Positions 26,002 to 38,300 of a stretch of DNA of 64,000 bases are shown piece after piece. The translations under genes were made by a program, and so were the position numbers. The notes below the pieces were generated by a model that was given only the letters and a program-made list of their open reading frames with translations, searched no databases and was not told the DNA's origin. Each line of letters starts with the position of its first letter. Position 1 is the first letter of the stretch. This DNA comes from Yuukianura sp. NJ FZ-2021 (lineage: Eukaryota): the NCBI GenBank assembly GCA_046563655.1, contig CM102284.1, forward strand, positions 1,426,001-1,490,000, in the 5' to 3' direction.

Positions 26002-26985
26002 TATGGAGGGAGTATGGTGGCAAAATTATTTTAAAGTTTCGCGCGTTAAAACATGTTCCGCCAATTAAAAACTAACGTTTTCGCGTATTACTTTAATGCG
26101 CGAAAACTTTTTTTAATTGCAGTAATTTTAAATTGCAGAAAAATTTTAAACGGGAAAAAGTCTAAGCGTACGTTAACGGAACGTACGCTTAGGAAACGTA
26201 CGCTTAGGAAACGTACGCTTAGGGAACGTACGCTTAGAAAACTTACGCTTAGAATGCATGTCCAATAGAAATCACATTACCAGAACTGATCAGAATTAGT
26301 ATTCTGTAAATTATTATTTATTGTCTATTATTATTTATTACCTATTGTAAACTATAAAACACTTCATTTCTCATATGCTTTGTAAGGTTTTCAAAAATGT
26401 GTAGCCCCATACAGTGTTGCTGGATATCCAGTTTTTTGACATTGCGTCCACGGCTGGATATCCACAGGAAGAAATGGACGAATCCAGAGGGGTGGAGCTT
26501 TGCCCGCGGGGTTTGAAATACTTAAATCCAAAAAACTTAAGGAATTCAAAATACCGTACAAAAACCAAGGAAATGTCGTTTTTGTAAGAGTTTTAAATAA
26601 ATGCTTAATTTTAGCAATAAAAGAAACCCTTTTAAAATAAAATAAAAGAAAAAGATCCAATAACAATAAATAATAATTTACAGAATACTAATTCTGATCA
26701 GTTCTGGTAATGTGATTTCTATTGGACATGCATTCTAAGCGTAAGTTTTCTAAGCGTACGTTCCCTAAGCATACGTTTCCTAAGCGTACGTTTCCTAAGC
26801 GTACGTTCCGTTAACGTACGCTTAGACTTTTTCCCGTTTAAAATTTTTCTGCAATTTAAAATTACTGCAATTAAAAAAAGTTTTCGCGCATTAAAGTAAT
26901 ACGCGAAAACGTTAGTTTTTAATTGGCGGAACATGTTTTAACGCGCGAAACTTTAAAATAATTTTGACACCGAACTCCCTCCATA
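26002..26985. mobile_element. Foldback/MITE element with ~320-bp near-perfect TIRs
   Basis: 26002-~26325 is the inverted repeat of ~26663-26985; arms carry 15-bp tandem units (cgtacgcttaggaaa); flanked by direct repeat ttagac(tat) at 25996 and 26986. Confidence 0.92.
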
Positions 26986-27831
26986 TTAGACTATACAAAC
27001 CCTGCAGGTTCATGAGATCTGACAAAAGGAGATTTAGATAAATAGTAGAATTTTGAAAAACTATCAAATGTAAAAAATATGTCAAAAACAGAAACTAGAT
27101 CAAAATTTTGAAAAAAGAAAATTCTTTTCTATTCACTTTCTCTTTGGTGTTTCTGCAGAAGACGTCGATAAATCAATATACAAAAACGCCTTGTTCGTTA
27201 CAAAGCAACAAAAGGGAATCCAACTTAAAAAAATTTCGAAGTTCCAGAGAAAATTAGACACGATTCCTAAAACTGAAAATTTGTTTGGACTTGTTGGCAA
27301 AACGTCAAAAAAAATACGTAAATACCTACTAAAAACGTAAATTTTTTTTTTCATAAATTCGGCTTAAATATTTTATAAACAATGTAATATGTAACTACAC
27401 TCGTTTGACATGCCTTGTTATGACGTTGTAGAAATTTTGTTTCAAATAATTTTCTTTTTCAATTTTTAATAATTAACGTGATTCAACAATAGAAAGTCAT
27501 CCTTTACTTAGGAGCAGCGGAAAACACTTTGACATAAAGTTAAAATCTTGAAATAGAATTTAACAAGGCACCGTGTAATTAACGTAAGGAAAGGAAAGCC
27601 AGCAACTTCTGGATAATGGATAAGGCACTTAACGGGATTTCTAATTATAACTATGAGTCGTACTGAATTTTGGCTGCACTCAAATGGAATTTCAGATACA
27701 CAAACACAAAGCACACTGATTTTAAACCAACGGTAACAATAACAGTATTTAAGCTAAGGAAATTGGATTTGGAAAACAACAGTTATTCTGACGTCACTCG
27801 TTATGTCAGTTAGTAGTCCAGAGAGACGTGT

Positions 27832-28485
27832 TTAGCTGCTTGCAGCGGCAGCACCGACAAGACACGCGAAACACACGAAGCAGCAACAAAAGGAGATGAT
27901 AATACAGGAGAAGATGAAGATGCAGATGATCAACCAGTATGAAAAGAGGAAGAGCGTAGCGTTGCAATAATTGACCGCAGTAGTACCTCCAACAACAACG
28001 TCAGCTACAGTTGGCTCGAAGTGGACAATCGGAGCCAAACGGAAGACAATGATACAGAAGTAAATGAACACTCCCAGTTTGACCAATCGGACGAGAGTGA
28101 GGAAGTAGTAGCAACCACGGTCAGCAGCCGTTTCGGTAGTCGTATCGTCCTTGGCCGTTTGAACTCTGCTTCGTCCTTCGAAGATACTCAAGAAAATGGC
28201 CAAAGATCCGGATGCAATGAGAACTGGGGCCAAATGGGGGTCAGCAGGGCAGTTAGCTTCATCCAAGTAGATGATCCCAATGACAATGCAGGCAATGGAC
28301 ACACAATTGACGAGTGCCAACAAGATCAAAGCGAAGAACAAAGAACAGCACACGGCAAAGCATCCAGCGGCAGCTCCTGACTTGGGCTCCCTGCCTCGCA
28401 AAATTGTTGTGCTTTGACGAAAGAGCAACACCTTGGGCTTGAGCGGAGTTGCCGCGTCTGCTTGTGACTCTGGATCCATGTTCAT
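27832..28485 (-). CDS. TMEM272-like four-TM protein
   Basis: Four hydrophobic segments; IGIIYLD..CP..P.L...LIASG and YCNATLFLFSYW motifs; Cys-rich tail. Confidence 0.75.
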   Translation of the reverse strand: MNMDPESQADAATPLKPKVLLFRQSTTILRGREPKSGAAAGCFAVCCSLFFALILLALVNCVSIACIVIGIIYLDEANCPADPHLAPVLIASGSLAIFLSIFEGRSRVQTAKDDTTTETAADRGCYYFLTLVRLVKLGVFIYFCIIVFRLAPIVHFEPTVADVVVGGTTAVNYCNATLFLFSYWLIICIFIFSCIIISFCCCFVCFACLVGAAAASS

Positions 28486-30609
28486 TTCTAGAAGCGAATA
28501 GGAACAAAGTTTATGAAAAGGTTAATATCTGTAAGTACACTTTGTCGATTAATCTATTAATGATGCTTACCTTGCTTCTGAAACTTAAACGTCAGCTACT
28601 TCCTCGCTCAATTTCACAATTTCTGCTTCCGAATACAAGTTTCGTCTCAGAAAAACTAAAAGTGAAATAAGTTAATTAAGTTACGGTTTAACTAATTTAC
28701 CTTTGTACGCTTGTATCTAACGCACAAACAATGCAGATTCACACATTCTCACCCAGTTCTTGGCTTACCCCTTTACTTTCCTTGTGTTATCTTCTTGTCC
28801 TTGGGGATTAAATTACACGGTGTCAATCTTAGTTTGTGCAGAAACCAGTTTATGAATTGGCGGTGACCCTGGCCAGACGGAGCGGAAAAGTGAATCCTGC
28901 GTGACGTCCAACAACAAACAACGGAATGATGGAGTTTGGTACTGATTCAAGGACTGTGGCTGGCTGATGATGATGAACGATGAAGAGCCTCTGCTGAATT
29001 CTTTTAGTTTTGGACATATGGGCTGCCTCTCTGCAAGTTACAAAAATAAGTTTTATCTGTCTACCCGTTTGTTTGTGTTGATTTTTTTGGTGGAGATAAT
29101 CGCGTTTTCACATTTCATCTGGCAAGGCAGTCTCGGCCTTTTGGTTATATTTCAACCGCATGCGATTGGATGCCAACAAAAGAAAAGTTAACAAGAGTTC
29201 CTCTGGTCGTGGTCACACATATTTTAACATTATATTTGTAATAACTTATTATAAATATCAGTTCAAAATTTTTAAACTAGTAATGAATTTGAGCGTTCCA
29301 CAGATTGACCGCCAACCGTGCTACGATCCCAGCTACATCAAATTTTTCCACTATTAAGTCCCAAATTCTTGAAATGAATCACTGTGTGAAGAATAAAGCG
29401 ATATGTCAGGTACTTTTCTTGTTTATAACTTTTTATTTACAGAATATTAATTAATGCAAAACTCGCATTGCATTATGTATCTAGCGCATTATTTGCATTA
29501 TTATCATTTAAATTATTCACGTTATTATTAGCTGTTATATTTAATTAACATTCTATTTAATTATTATCATATCACATTAGTTGTTCAAACGACACAAAAT
29601 CATAGAAAGTTTCGAATTGTTTCAGTCTTGTAAGCTCAGAATAGTAACTGTACCGTTCATATTTTTTGCCGTTTCTCATATAGCGCTCAAGAACTCTATT
29701 GTGGTCAAATCTGCACAACATCCCCGAAACTGACATGCTAAGCCTGTACTACTTAATAGTTTCGAGATGTGTCACGTAACGCTAACCACACAATTGGAAG
29801 ATTAGGACTTAGAAACGCTCTTGCTATTGTGTAAGCTTTGGTCCAGAGAGCAGAGCGTTCCGTCCTTGGCGTTTAGTTGAAATAATTTTGCATCTATCGC
29901 ATCTATCTCTTGCACATTGAATCACAAGAGATTACTAATTGTAGTAATTTCCATTGCAAATTGTAAATTGCAGTCCTATTAGACGAATTTATCGTCCTAA
30001 TAAATTTAACTATGAAAAATATTGTAAGGCTTCGCTTAACCCTATGGAGTACGTAACGGGTCTCCCGAAAACGCAGATAGCTCTGATTCCACGCATGAGT
30101 CGGTTGTTAAAATTCAAACATGTCACGAAATAATTTTTTTCAAAAGATTTGAGAATTCATAAATTCTTTTGTGGTATGTACAGTTTGGCCTAGCGTTCAT
30201 TTAGCTTTTTCTTTGTGAATGTAAAACACTAACAAAACATAATGTGAATAACCAAAATCATATGATATGTGTAATGCAGAGCTAAATTACTTGATAATTT
30301 ACTTTTAATTACTTTAAATTTGAAGCCTCCCTATCATTCGTAGCAAGTATACATTCAAGTTAGATTAACTTCAGAACAAAATCGTCTGCAAGAACTAACA
30401 GTAGTAAAAAAAATTTTTTAACGCAGTTTCTTCAGCAGTTACCGCAATAAAATCAATCGACCAACGACTCAAAAAATTTTTTTAAAAACTGGCCGTTCTC
30501 AAAGGTTAGACGAAAAGTTAAAAAAAATTTAGTTTAATTAGTACAATTTTCTTCGTACCATCTAAAATTAATTTGGGTGTGTGATTCGTTTGACTTCGCA
30601 GAGTTCAAT

Positions 30610-30861
30610 ATGAAAATTTCGCAAACGATGTCGCTCGTGATTGCACTGTGCATAGTTTCTTGCACAATCAAGACCACTAGTTGCCATAGACCGATTAAGG
30701 AACCGGTGGAATGCTCTGCACTGTACTGTACTTGTATTAGTTCATACCTTGGCGGTTGTTTTCCACAAGATTTTCAAGTTCCCGCCAGTCCAGCCATGGA
30801 ATCTGCCTGTCGTGACATGTACGAATGTCCAGACTCTAAGATTGTCTGTTGTCTTTCTTAG
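30610..30861 (+). CDS. Small secreted cysteine-rich peptide (83 aa)
   Basis: Acceptor ttcgcag just before the ATG; hydrophobic signal peptide; mature part with 8 Cys ending in CCLS; AATAAA downstream at ~30929. Confidence 0.75.
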   Translation: MKISQTMSLVIALCIVSCTIKTTSCHRPIKEPVECSALYCTCISSYLGGCFPQDFQVPASPAMESACRDMYECPDSKIVCCLS

Positions 30862-31261
30862 AAGCTTTTAGTAATTTTTACAGTAACTAAGTTCATAAAT
30901 TTGAAGGAGTTTACGAAATTGTGTCAGTAATAAATAACATAAAGTGTGCGTGTTGTTAGCAAATTGCGTGAGAAATTTCCATTAGTCTTTGAATCTTAGA
31001 CCATCCAAATAAGGAAACTTCAAATTCAACCGCCATTTCAAACCACTTTCCTACATGTTTCAATTGCATTTTTTGAACAAGGTGACTTTTGACAAGCTTT
31101 TAAAATAATTGAGACAAAACGGAACTAAAAACAAATTGGTCAATCAGAACAATTGAATTGTAATGGTATAAAAACGACATTGGCGTGACCTGGTACAAGC
31201 AGACACAAGTGGTTCACGTCCTTGATGGAAGTTAAGGTCAAGTGACGAAGTGACCCTGACA

Positions 31262-34200
31262 ATGGCCAGGGGTATTAAAATTTACTCCCGGGAGTTTTCA
31301 AATTCAACTCAAAAGCCGGCGGGAAAAGAATCCTGTTGTAACCAGCCCTGGTGTTGGTACAATCCGCGCCAAGATTCTCTACTTGTCGAGTACTGTCAAG
31401 AAACTTACCTTCATGGACTCAAATTTGTCGGTAAATTAAAAAATTCAAAGTGTTAACAAATTTTTTTAGAAATAAAATACAGTTTTTTTTAAAGTAGCAC
31501 ACGCCACCACACCGAACGAAATGCTCCTACCCCAACTACTGCGAAAGAAACTTTTTTCCGAAATTGAATTGGTGTGCATTAGTGTATAACATAGGCACAA
31601 CATACTTACAACATAAGCATAACATAGGCATAACATAAGCACAACATAGGCACAACATTGGCATAACATAGGCATAACATAAGCATAACATAGGCATAAC
31701 ATAAGCACAACATAGGTACAACATAAGCACAACATAGGCACAACATGGGCATAACATAAGCACAACATAGGTACAACATAAGCACAACATAATCTAACTA
31801 ACAGGAATTTTTTCCTTATTTTGATCTTTTCATTTTTCTAGTCTTTTCTTATTTTGGCCTTTTCACTCTTTGGCCTTTTCACTTTTTGGTCTTTATAATT
31901 TTTGGTCTTTTTCTTTCTGGCCTTTTTACCTCTGACCATTTCACTTTTGGCCAAATTGTTTTGGCCAAATTACATGGAATGGTTTAATGTTGTGTTTTAT
32001 AAATTTTAAATTAAATTTTTAGCACAACCATCACGCCACCTACTGGAGAGAATATTTTGGTTGATTTCGTTTATCGTTGGAGTGTTTATTGCGGGATATT
32101 TAATTAGCGACGTTTGGCGAAAATATCAATCAAGTCCCGTAATTTTGGCATTCAATCCTCTCGATCTATCCATTTCAAAAATTCAGTTTCCGGCTGTAAC
32201 CGTTTGCAATGTCAACAAGGTTCAGAAGGACTTTGCTACTGAAATTGAACGGTATTTATTATAACATATCTAAAATAAAAACGTTAAAAAGCAACAATGT
32301 AAACTTTCAAAAATGTGAACATTCATAATGATAATGCTGCAAATTTGGCTGTATTTGCCTCAGGCGATTGCAGGCAAGGCCTAACACGGACCAGGATCAA
32401 GAGGACTACTATGTCATGAATTCTGTTTGCACTTCAAAACCAACTTTTGCAAAAAGAATTCCAGAAGGGAAGCAAGTATCTTTTAACCAATCGAACATGA
32501 AACCTCCAGCAAATGCCTCTGCGGACTACGTTGCCGACTTTTTGCACCGGGTACCTTCAAAATTTTGTTTTCAAAAAAAAAAAGCAAAAATTTATTTTTT
32601 TTTTTCAAATTTTTAATTTCATTTCAAATTTTGTAGGCTTCACAACCCTGTAGCGAGATGGTGCAACGCTGTAGTTGGTCTGGCAAAGAGTTCAATTGTA
32701 GCGAACGTTTTTTCCCGGTCATCACGGAACTCGGAATTTGTTGTTCCTTTAACCTCATGCCACTTTCTCTTCTACTTAAATTGTAAAATTAAATAAAATT
32801 TATGTTGTATCGTATTACTTTTTATGCAAAATTGTGAAAATGTGTAGAATCAAAAACTTTTTTGAACATACTTTTATCCAGCCCCGTAACATTTGAAACT
32901 AAAATGTCGGAGAAGGAACAACAGGAATTAAATAGCGAAAAGAAAAAGTGGAAAGAAATTTCGAAGTTGGGACTTCAGCCGGATGACATTACAAGCGAAT
33001 TGAATTTCCCGCGCCGGCAGTATCAGGCAGGTCAAACGCATGGATTATCAATTCTTCTTTTCCCGGATCTGGACAACTATTTTTGCACGGCTTCAGATTC
33101 AACCGGGTTTCGCGTAAGCTTGGAACATCAAGACTACGAATTTTTTTTCTTTTTTTTTTTGAAATTTTTTTTTTGAAATAGAAATTGTTCATTCTCATTT
33201 AGGTTGCTTTTCACTCAGCCATAGAGACTCCGCATGTGACTGAATTCGGAATGGCAGTTCCGCCTGGGGCAGACATGTACGTCGAAGTTTATCCAGAAGT
33301 CACCGTTACTCAACCAATTGTCACCAAGTTCGCAGTTGTAAGTTGTAAAGTATCAAGCGAATTGTGGTACGTTCAAATTTTTATAGAAAAACTCAAATTT
33401 TCTGAATTTTGAAATTTGTTTTTTACTTTGTAGTCCGACCGTCACTGCTACGTTCAAGGCGAAAAGAAATTGAAATATTACAATTACTACACGCGGCTCA
33501 ACTGCATCGACGAATGCGAAGCAGATTTGCATCGACAAAAATGCAACTGCTCATGGTTTTACGAACCGCGTAAAAAACATTTTTGAAAAATTATTTGTTT
33601 TTGAAAACTATGGAAACCTTTTTTTAGAATCTCTTACGTTTCATCCTTAGGTGACAACTCTAGTGTCGTGTGCGTACCAAACGAAAAAACTTCGAGTTGC
33701 AGCGTATTTCCAGAAGGTCAAAATTTGTTGCTGGAAATTTAAACTTTTATGGACGTTTAGAGCTAAAACCTTGAAAAAATGCAATTTTTTATTGGTTAAA
33801 ACTTACAGATGATGCAATTCTAAACGAACAATGTCCACACTGCCTTCCGCTCTGCACTCAAATCCAATTTGGAATTCAATCGTCCCTGGCCGGTCTGCTA
33901 AATCACACAAATCTTTGGAAAAGTGCGGAAGAAATCCAATCAAACAGCATTCCAAAATGGTGAGGCAAGATTACTTACAAAAAAAAAGTCACACAGTTTA
34001 AGTCAAGGTTTCTGGACAACCGAATTGTATTTCCTACAACAGGTTGTTCAATAACTCATGATTTCCAAAGATCGTACTTCAAAGGAAACCCGTTACAATT
34101 CTGCACAACTTATGTTTAAGTTTTTTTCTATAATTTTTTTTTCCTGGTCGACTTTTACTACAAGAAAAAAAAACACAAAATTGTCATAGAATTGGATGTC

Positions 34201-34968
34201 AAGAAGAACCGATTTGATTTTTTGAAAAATGTTGCACAGTAACCCCCGAGTTATTAGACAACCTGTTGTAAAACAAACAACAACGCTTTTTTGTTCATTA
34301 ATTAAGACAAACATTAAATTAAATTTTTCAAAAAAAGAAGAAAAAAAACTTTCAAAATGCAAGAAACGTTCCCAGTTGAAATTACAGAACATAAGGACGT
34401 ACATTTTTTATTTCCAAAAATTTTGATTGGAAACTTGATACTTTTTGCAGGATTGGAAAGCCCGTTACGATTTTGAACTTGTACTATGGCGTCGACGCAG
34501 TCGTGCCGAAGCAGCGCCAAGAGCTCTACGGCTCAACTGACTTGTTTGGTAAGGTCAAAGGTCAAATATTTTTGAATAAGCATTTATACTAAAATATTTA
34601 ATGTCTAAATAGCAAATACCGGAGGACTGTTGGGCCTTTGCCTTGGATTCTCAGGCTTGAGTGCCGTCGAAATTTTGTACTTTTGTACAATTCGTCTTTG
34701 GTTTAGAAAGAAAGGTGGAAGCAAGAAATTTAGAAAAAACTTAATGTGGAATTTCAGTAAAGCGTATATTTGGATGACCGGGTCAAAAGGTCAAAGGTCA
34801 AAGGATTGCTATAACAGAACATTGACACTGGACAAGAGCAAAATCCCGTTTTGTGGACAACCTCTTTCCAGCATATCAGAGCATGTCAATCACATTCAGG
34901 TTAAAAGTAAAACTGGGACTATGAAGACAGATTTTAATTCAAGAAATATCTATGATGGCAAACACTAA
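31262..34968 (+). CDS. Pickpocket / DEG-ENaC sodium channel subunit
   Basis: ETYLHG pre-TM1 motif, FPAVTVCN, Cys-rich thumb exons, TM2 NTGGLLGLCLGFSGLSAVEILYF with GxS filter; ~12 exons. Confidence 0.92.
31586..31791. repeat. 11-bp-period minisatellite (gcataacatag / gcacaacataa) in ppk intron 1
   Basis: Directly visible tandem array; source of the spurious MLCLCYAYV ORFs. Confidence 0.95.
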
Positions 34969-35396
34969 AGATTTTTAAAAATCAAAATGTTTAGTATTAG
35001 AGTTTTGCGGCAAAAATATACTCCGTAGCTTTTGAAAATTTGCAACAAATTGATTTTGGAAATAAAATAAAAAAAATACATTTTAATTTTATTTATGATT
35101 AAACACTTACGATATGTGTATTTAAAAAAACCTTAGCAGCCATTACTAGTTCAGTTATGAAATTCGACAAAGTACAAGCAATGGCTTTGACGCTGAAAAT
35201 TAGCGTTGAAAATCTGAAGTGACAGGCTCGTCTTATCTCAGATTTTTATCAACGCGAAATTTGTAGCGACAACAAATTTTATCCAAGTTCACACCAATTT
35301 TTTGTTGAAAGATAAGATTGCTGAATTTTTTTAACATAATTTTCATTTCCACTTTTTTTTTGTTCTTGCAGTTGAACTAATTTTAAGTCCTCGGCA

Positions 35397-38300
35397 ATGG
35401 AGGGCAAGAGTTTCGTTTTTTGTTCTTTTGCAGTTCTGCTGCTGACTACGTTTTCCGTACAGATCAATGCGCAAATTAGTAAGGTTATTCAACATTTCGA
35501 AATCTGTTCAAAATGCTTCATATTCTCCATTTTGCAGTAAAATTGATATTAAACAAATTTTAATGTTAATTAATTTTAATCAAATTTAAATTTAGGCCTG
35601 TGCACATTTGATACTGATGTAACTGATGGACAACAACAGCTAGATGTAAACGAAGAAACAGATGCACAAACTGAACTTGGAAGGTCATAACTTTTTATTT
35701 ACTTTTTTACATTCACTTCTTCTTAGTAAAAAGCTAACAATTTTTGAAATTACGATTAACAGTTTTTATCTCCTTTATGATGGAACTTTATCACATTTTC
35801 TGTTTTGTCACAACTTTAATACACAATGTTAATAGATTTATGTTTTTAAAACATTTTTTTAAAACAATGCATACTTTTTGATTTTATCAGCAGAACAATT
35901 TTTAAGTTTTCTGACTTTTCCAATTTCATTCTAAAAATGAGATGAATCAGTCTAGATCCAGATATTTTATCCCGAGATACAATGTTGAGATATAATTTTC
36001 TCCCAAGATATAATTATATATAATAAAATAGTATATACAATTATTATAAACTATATATTTTTTCTCAGGTACCCTGCCGTAGGCAGCGTGACTGGCGTGA
36101 CAGTGGCTTCAGACCATCCAGATTATTTGCAATTTGCTTTCGATCCCGATAGTAAAGAACTGGTCGTAACGCTGCTCCAGGAACTCGGTGTTTTTCTAGA
36201 CAACGATGTCGCTCGCCTATTGGCTACTGTCACTCCGATATGTTCTATAACAGAAGAAGTCAGACTTCCAGTAGCATTTACCATCAACATACTCGATGTC
36301 AACAACAAACCAATTGAATTCAACGCCGACAATTTCCCCATCACAATTCAAACTCCGTGGCCAGCCGGGGTTCCTATTAACTTCAACGTTCCCATATTCG
36401 CAACCGATAATGACTATGAATTGGCAAATGCAGACGCCACTTTTACATCGGATAATCCTGTCATCATAGAAATTGTTTCTACGCTGAGTCAACCTGCAGA
36501 TGGCGGCCCCAAGTTTCGTCACGACCTGCAACTACGTCTGCTAGATCCGCAGTTGGGTGGATTAGCACAACTAGATGTTACGATAACAGCTACTTCAACT
36601 GATACATTACACACAGACACAACAGTAGTTTCCTTAACAGCAGAAAAGACTAACACGCAACCGCCAAAATTAAGTTCAACTTTGTACCAAACCAGAGGTG
36701 TTTGGGAGGACATTCCACCGCAAAATTCAAATGTTGAGTTGGACATTACTATTGGAGCAGAAGATCCAGAAGATTCAACATTTGTATTTGCAGTTGCCGG
36801 GCCACAAGGGCATTTTGTTAATATTGACGCTGCAACTGGTCAATTGACATACAATGTAATTGATCCTTCAGAAATTTTAGTGTTACGCAATGGAGTTGCA
36901 GTCATTCATCTAATTGCCCGAGAAACTACGACCGAAGCGCTGTCGTCAACGGCAACTGTGCTAATTTATTTTGCAGCTCCTGGCACCACAGGTTAGGCTA
37001 AAAGGCAAAAAGAATTTCACTCTTCACACAAAGAAACTTTGCAACTTTGACCTTGAAATCCGCTTTTGATCCTAATTTTTAGAATGAAATCAAAATTTTA
37101 CTCTAAATTTTAGAACGTTGACCTTGAAAGCAAGACTTTGACTTTGAATTTACTACTTTAAAATCGGAATCATGACTTTGATTTAGCATCAGTTTTTGTA
37201 AACTTATAACTTATACAATGTTTTGTGTAAATTTTTTTCAGTGTGCAACTACCCGCCAAAATTTGAACAAAATATTTATAAAACACGAACTCCGGTAGAG
37301 ACGCTTCCAGAAGCGGGAGATCCCGTGGATCTGGATGCGCCAATCACAGCACAGGATGCAGAAGGGACGCTATTCATTTACGAAGTTGCAACGGGAGATC
37401 ATGCTCACTTTGTAACTATTGATAAAACAACAGGAGTATTGAGCTACACGGACATTACTGAGGAGGAGGTTGCAGCGTTGCCAAGTGGAATTGCAACAAT
37501 TGAAGTAATTGCACGCGAAACTACGACGCAGGCGCCACTACTTTCAGCGACAACAGTGCTTCTCTATTTTTCGCTTCCAGAAACTTCAGGTATACATTAT
37601 GTTTTCAAAAATTAATTTTGTGCTCTATTACACTTTTGAAACCTAGACCTTGAGTTTGACTTTGACTTTCGAAAACTTTGACCTTGAGTTAAAATTTTTG
37701 ACGCTGAGTTTAAAACGTGGCGGATTTTTTTTCTAGATTTGCCCCCCGATTTTGACCAAAATATTTACGAAACCGCAAACCCGGTTGAGACTTTACCAGA
37801 ATCGGGAGAACCCGTTGATATAAACCCTCCAATCAGAGCCGTAGATCACGAAGGAGCGGTATTGGACTACACAGTCGCCGGACAGCATGCGCACTTCGTA
37901 AAAATTGACAGTGCAACTGCTGTATTAACGTTTACGGAAATAACAGCTGATGAGGTTGCAGCGTTGCCAAACGGGGTTGCATCAATCGAAGTAATTGCAC
38001 AAGAAACTGGCACGCCGGCTTTACTAGAATCATCGGCAACTGTACTCATATATTTTTCACTTCCAAACGCAGGTATTTCAACTTAACATTTCGAACATTA
38101 ATTTGACCCTATAATTAAGTTGACCCTAGAAATATTTCGAACCTAGTTTTCATAATATGAACAAAACCAGTCTATTTGAGTCTCTGCTTTTTAGAGCGCA
38201 ACATGCCGCCCGCATTTGAACAAAATATATACGAAACAAGTCAAATTGCGAAGTTGCCAACAGTAGGAGATCCGGTTGTGTTAGATACTCCAATCAGAGC

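Noticed and set aside
26053-26934. Twin 71-aa ORFs with (RTLRK)n on opposite strands
   Set aside because: They are the two arms of the foldback element read through its 15-bp tandem repeat.
31466-31790. Cys/Met-rich ORFs and CRISPR-like regularity
   Set aside because: 11-bp minisatellite without unique spacers in a eukaryotic intron.
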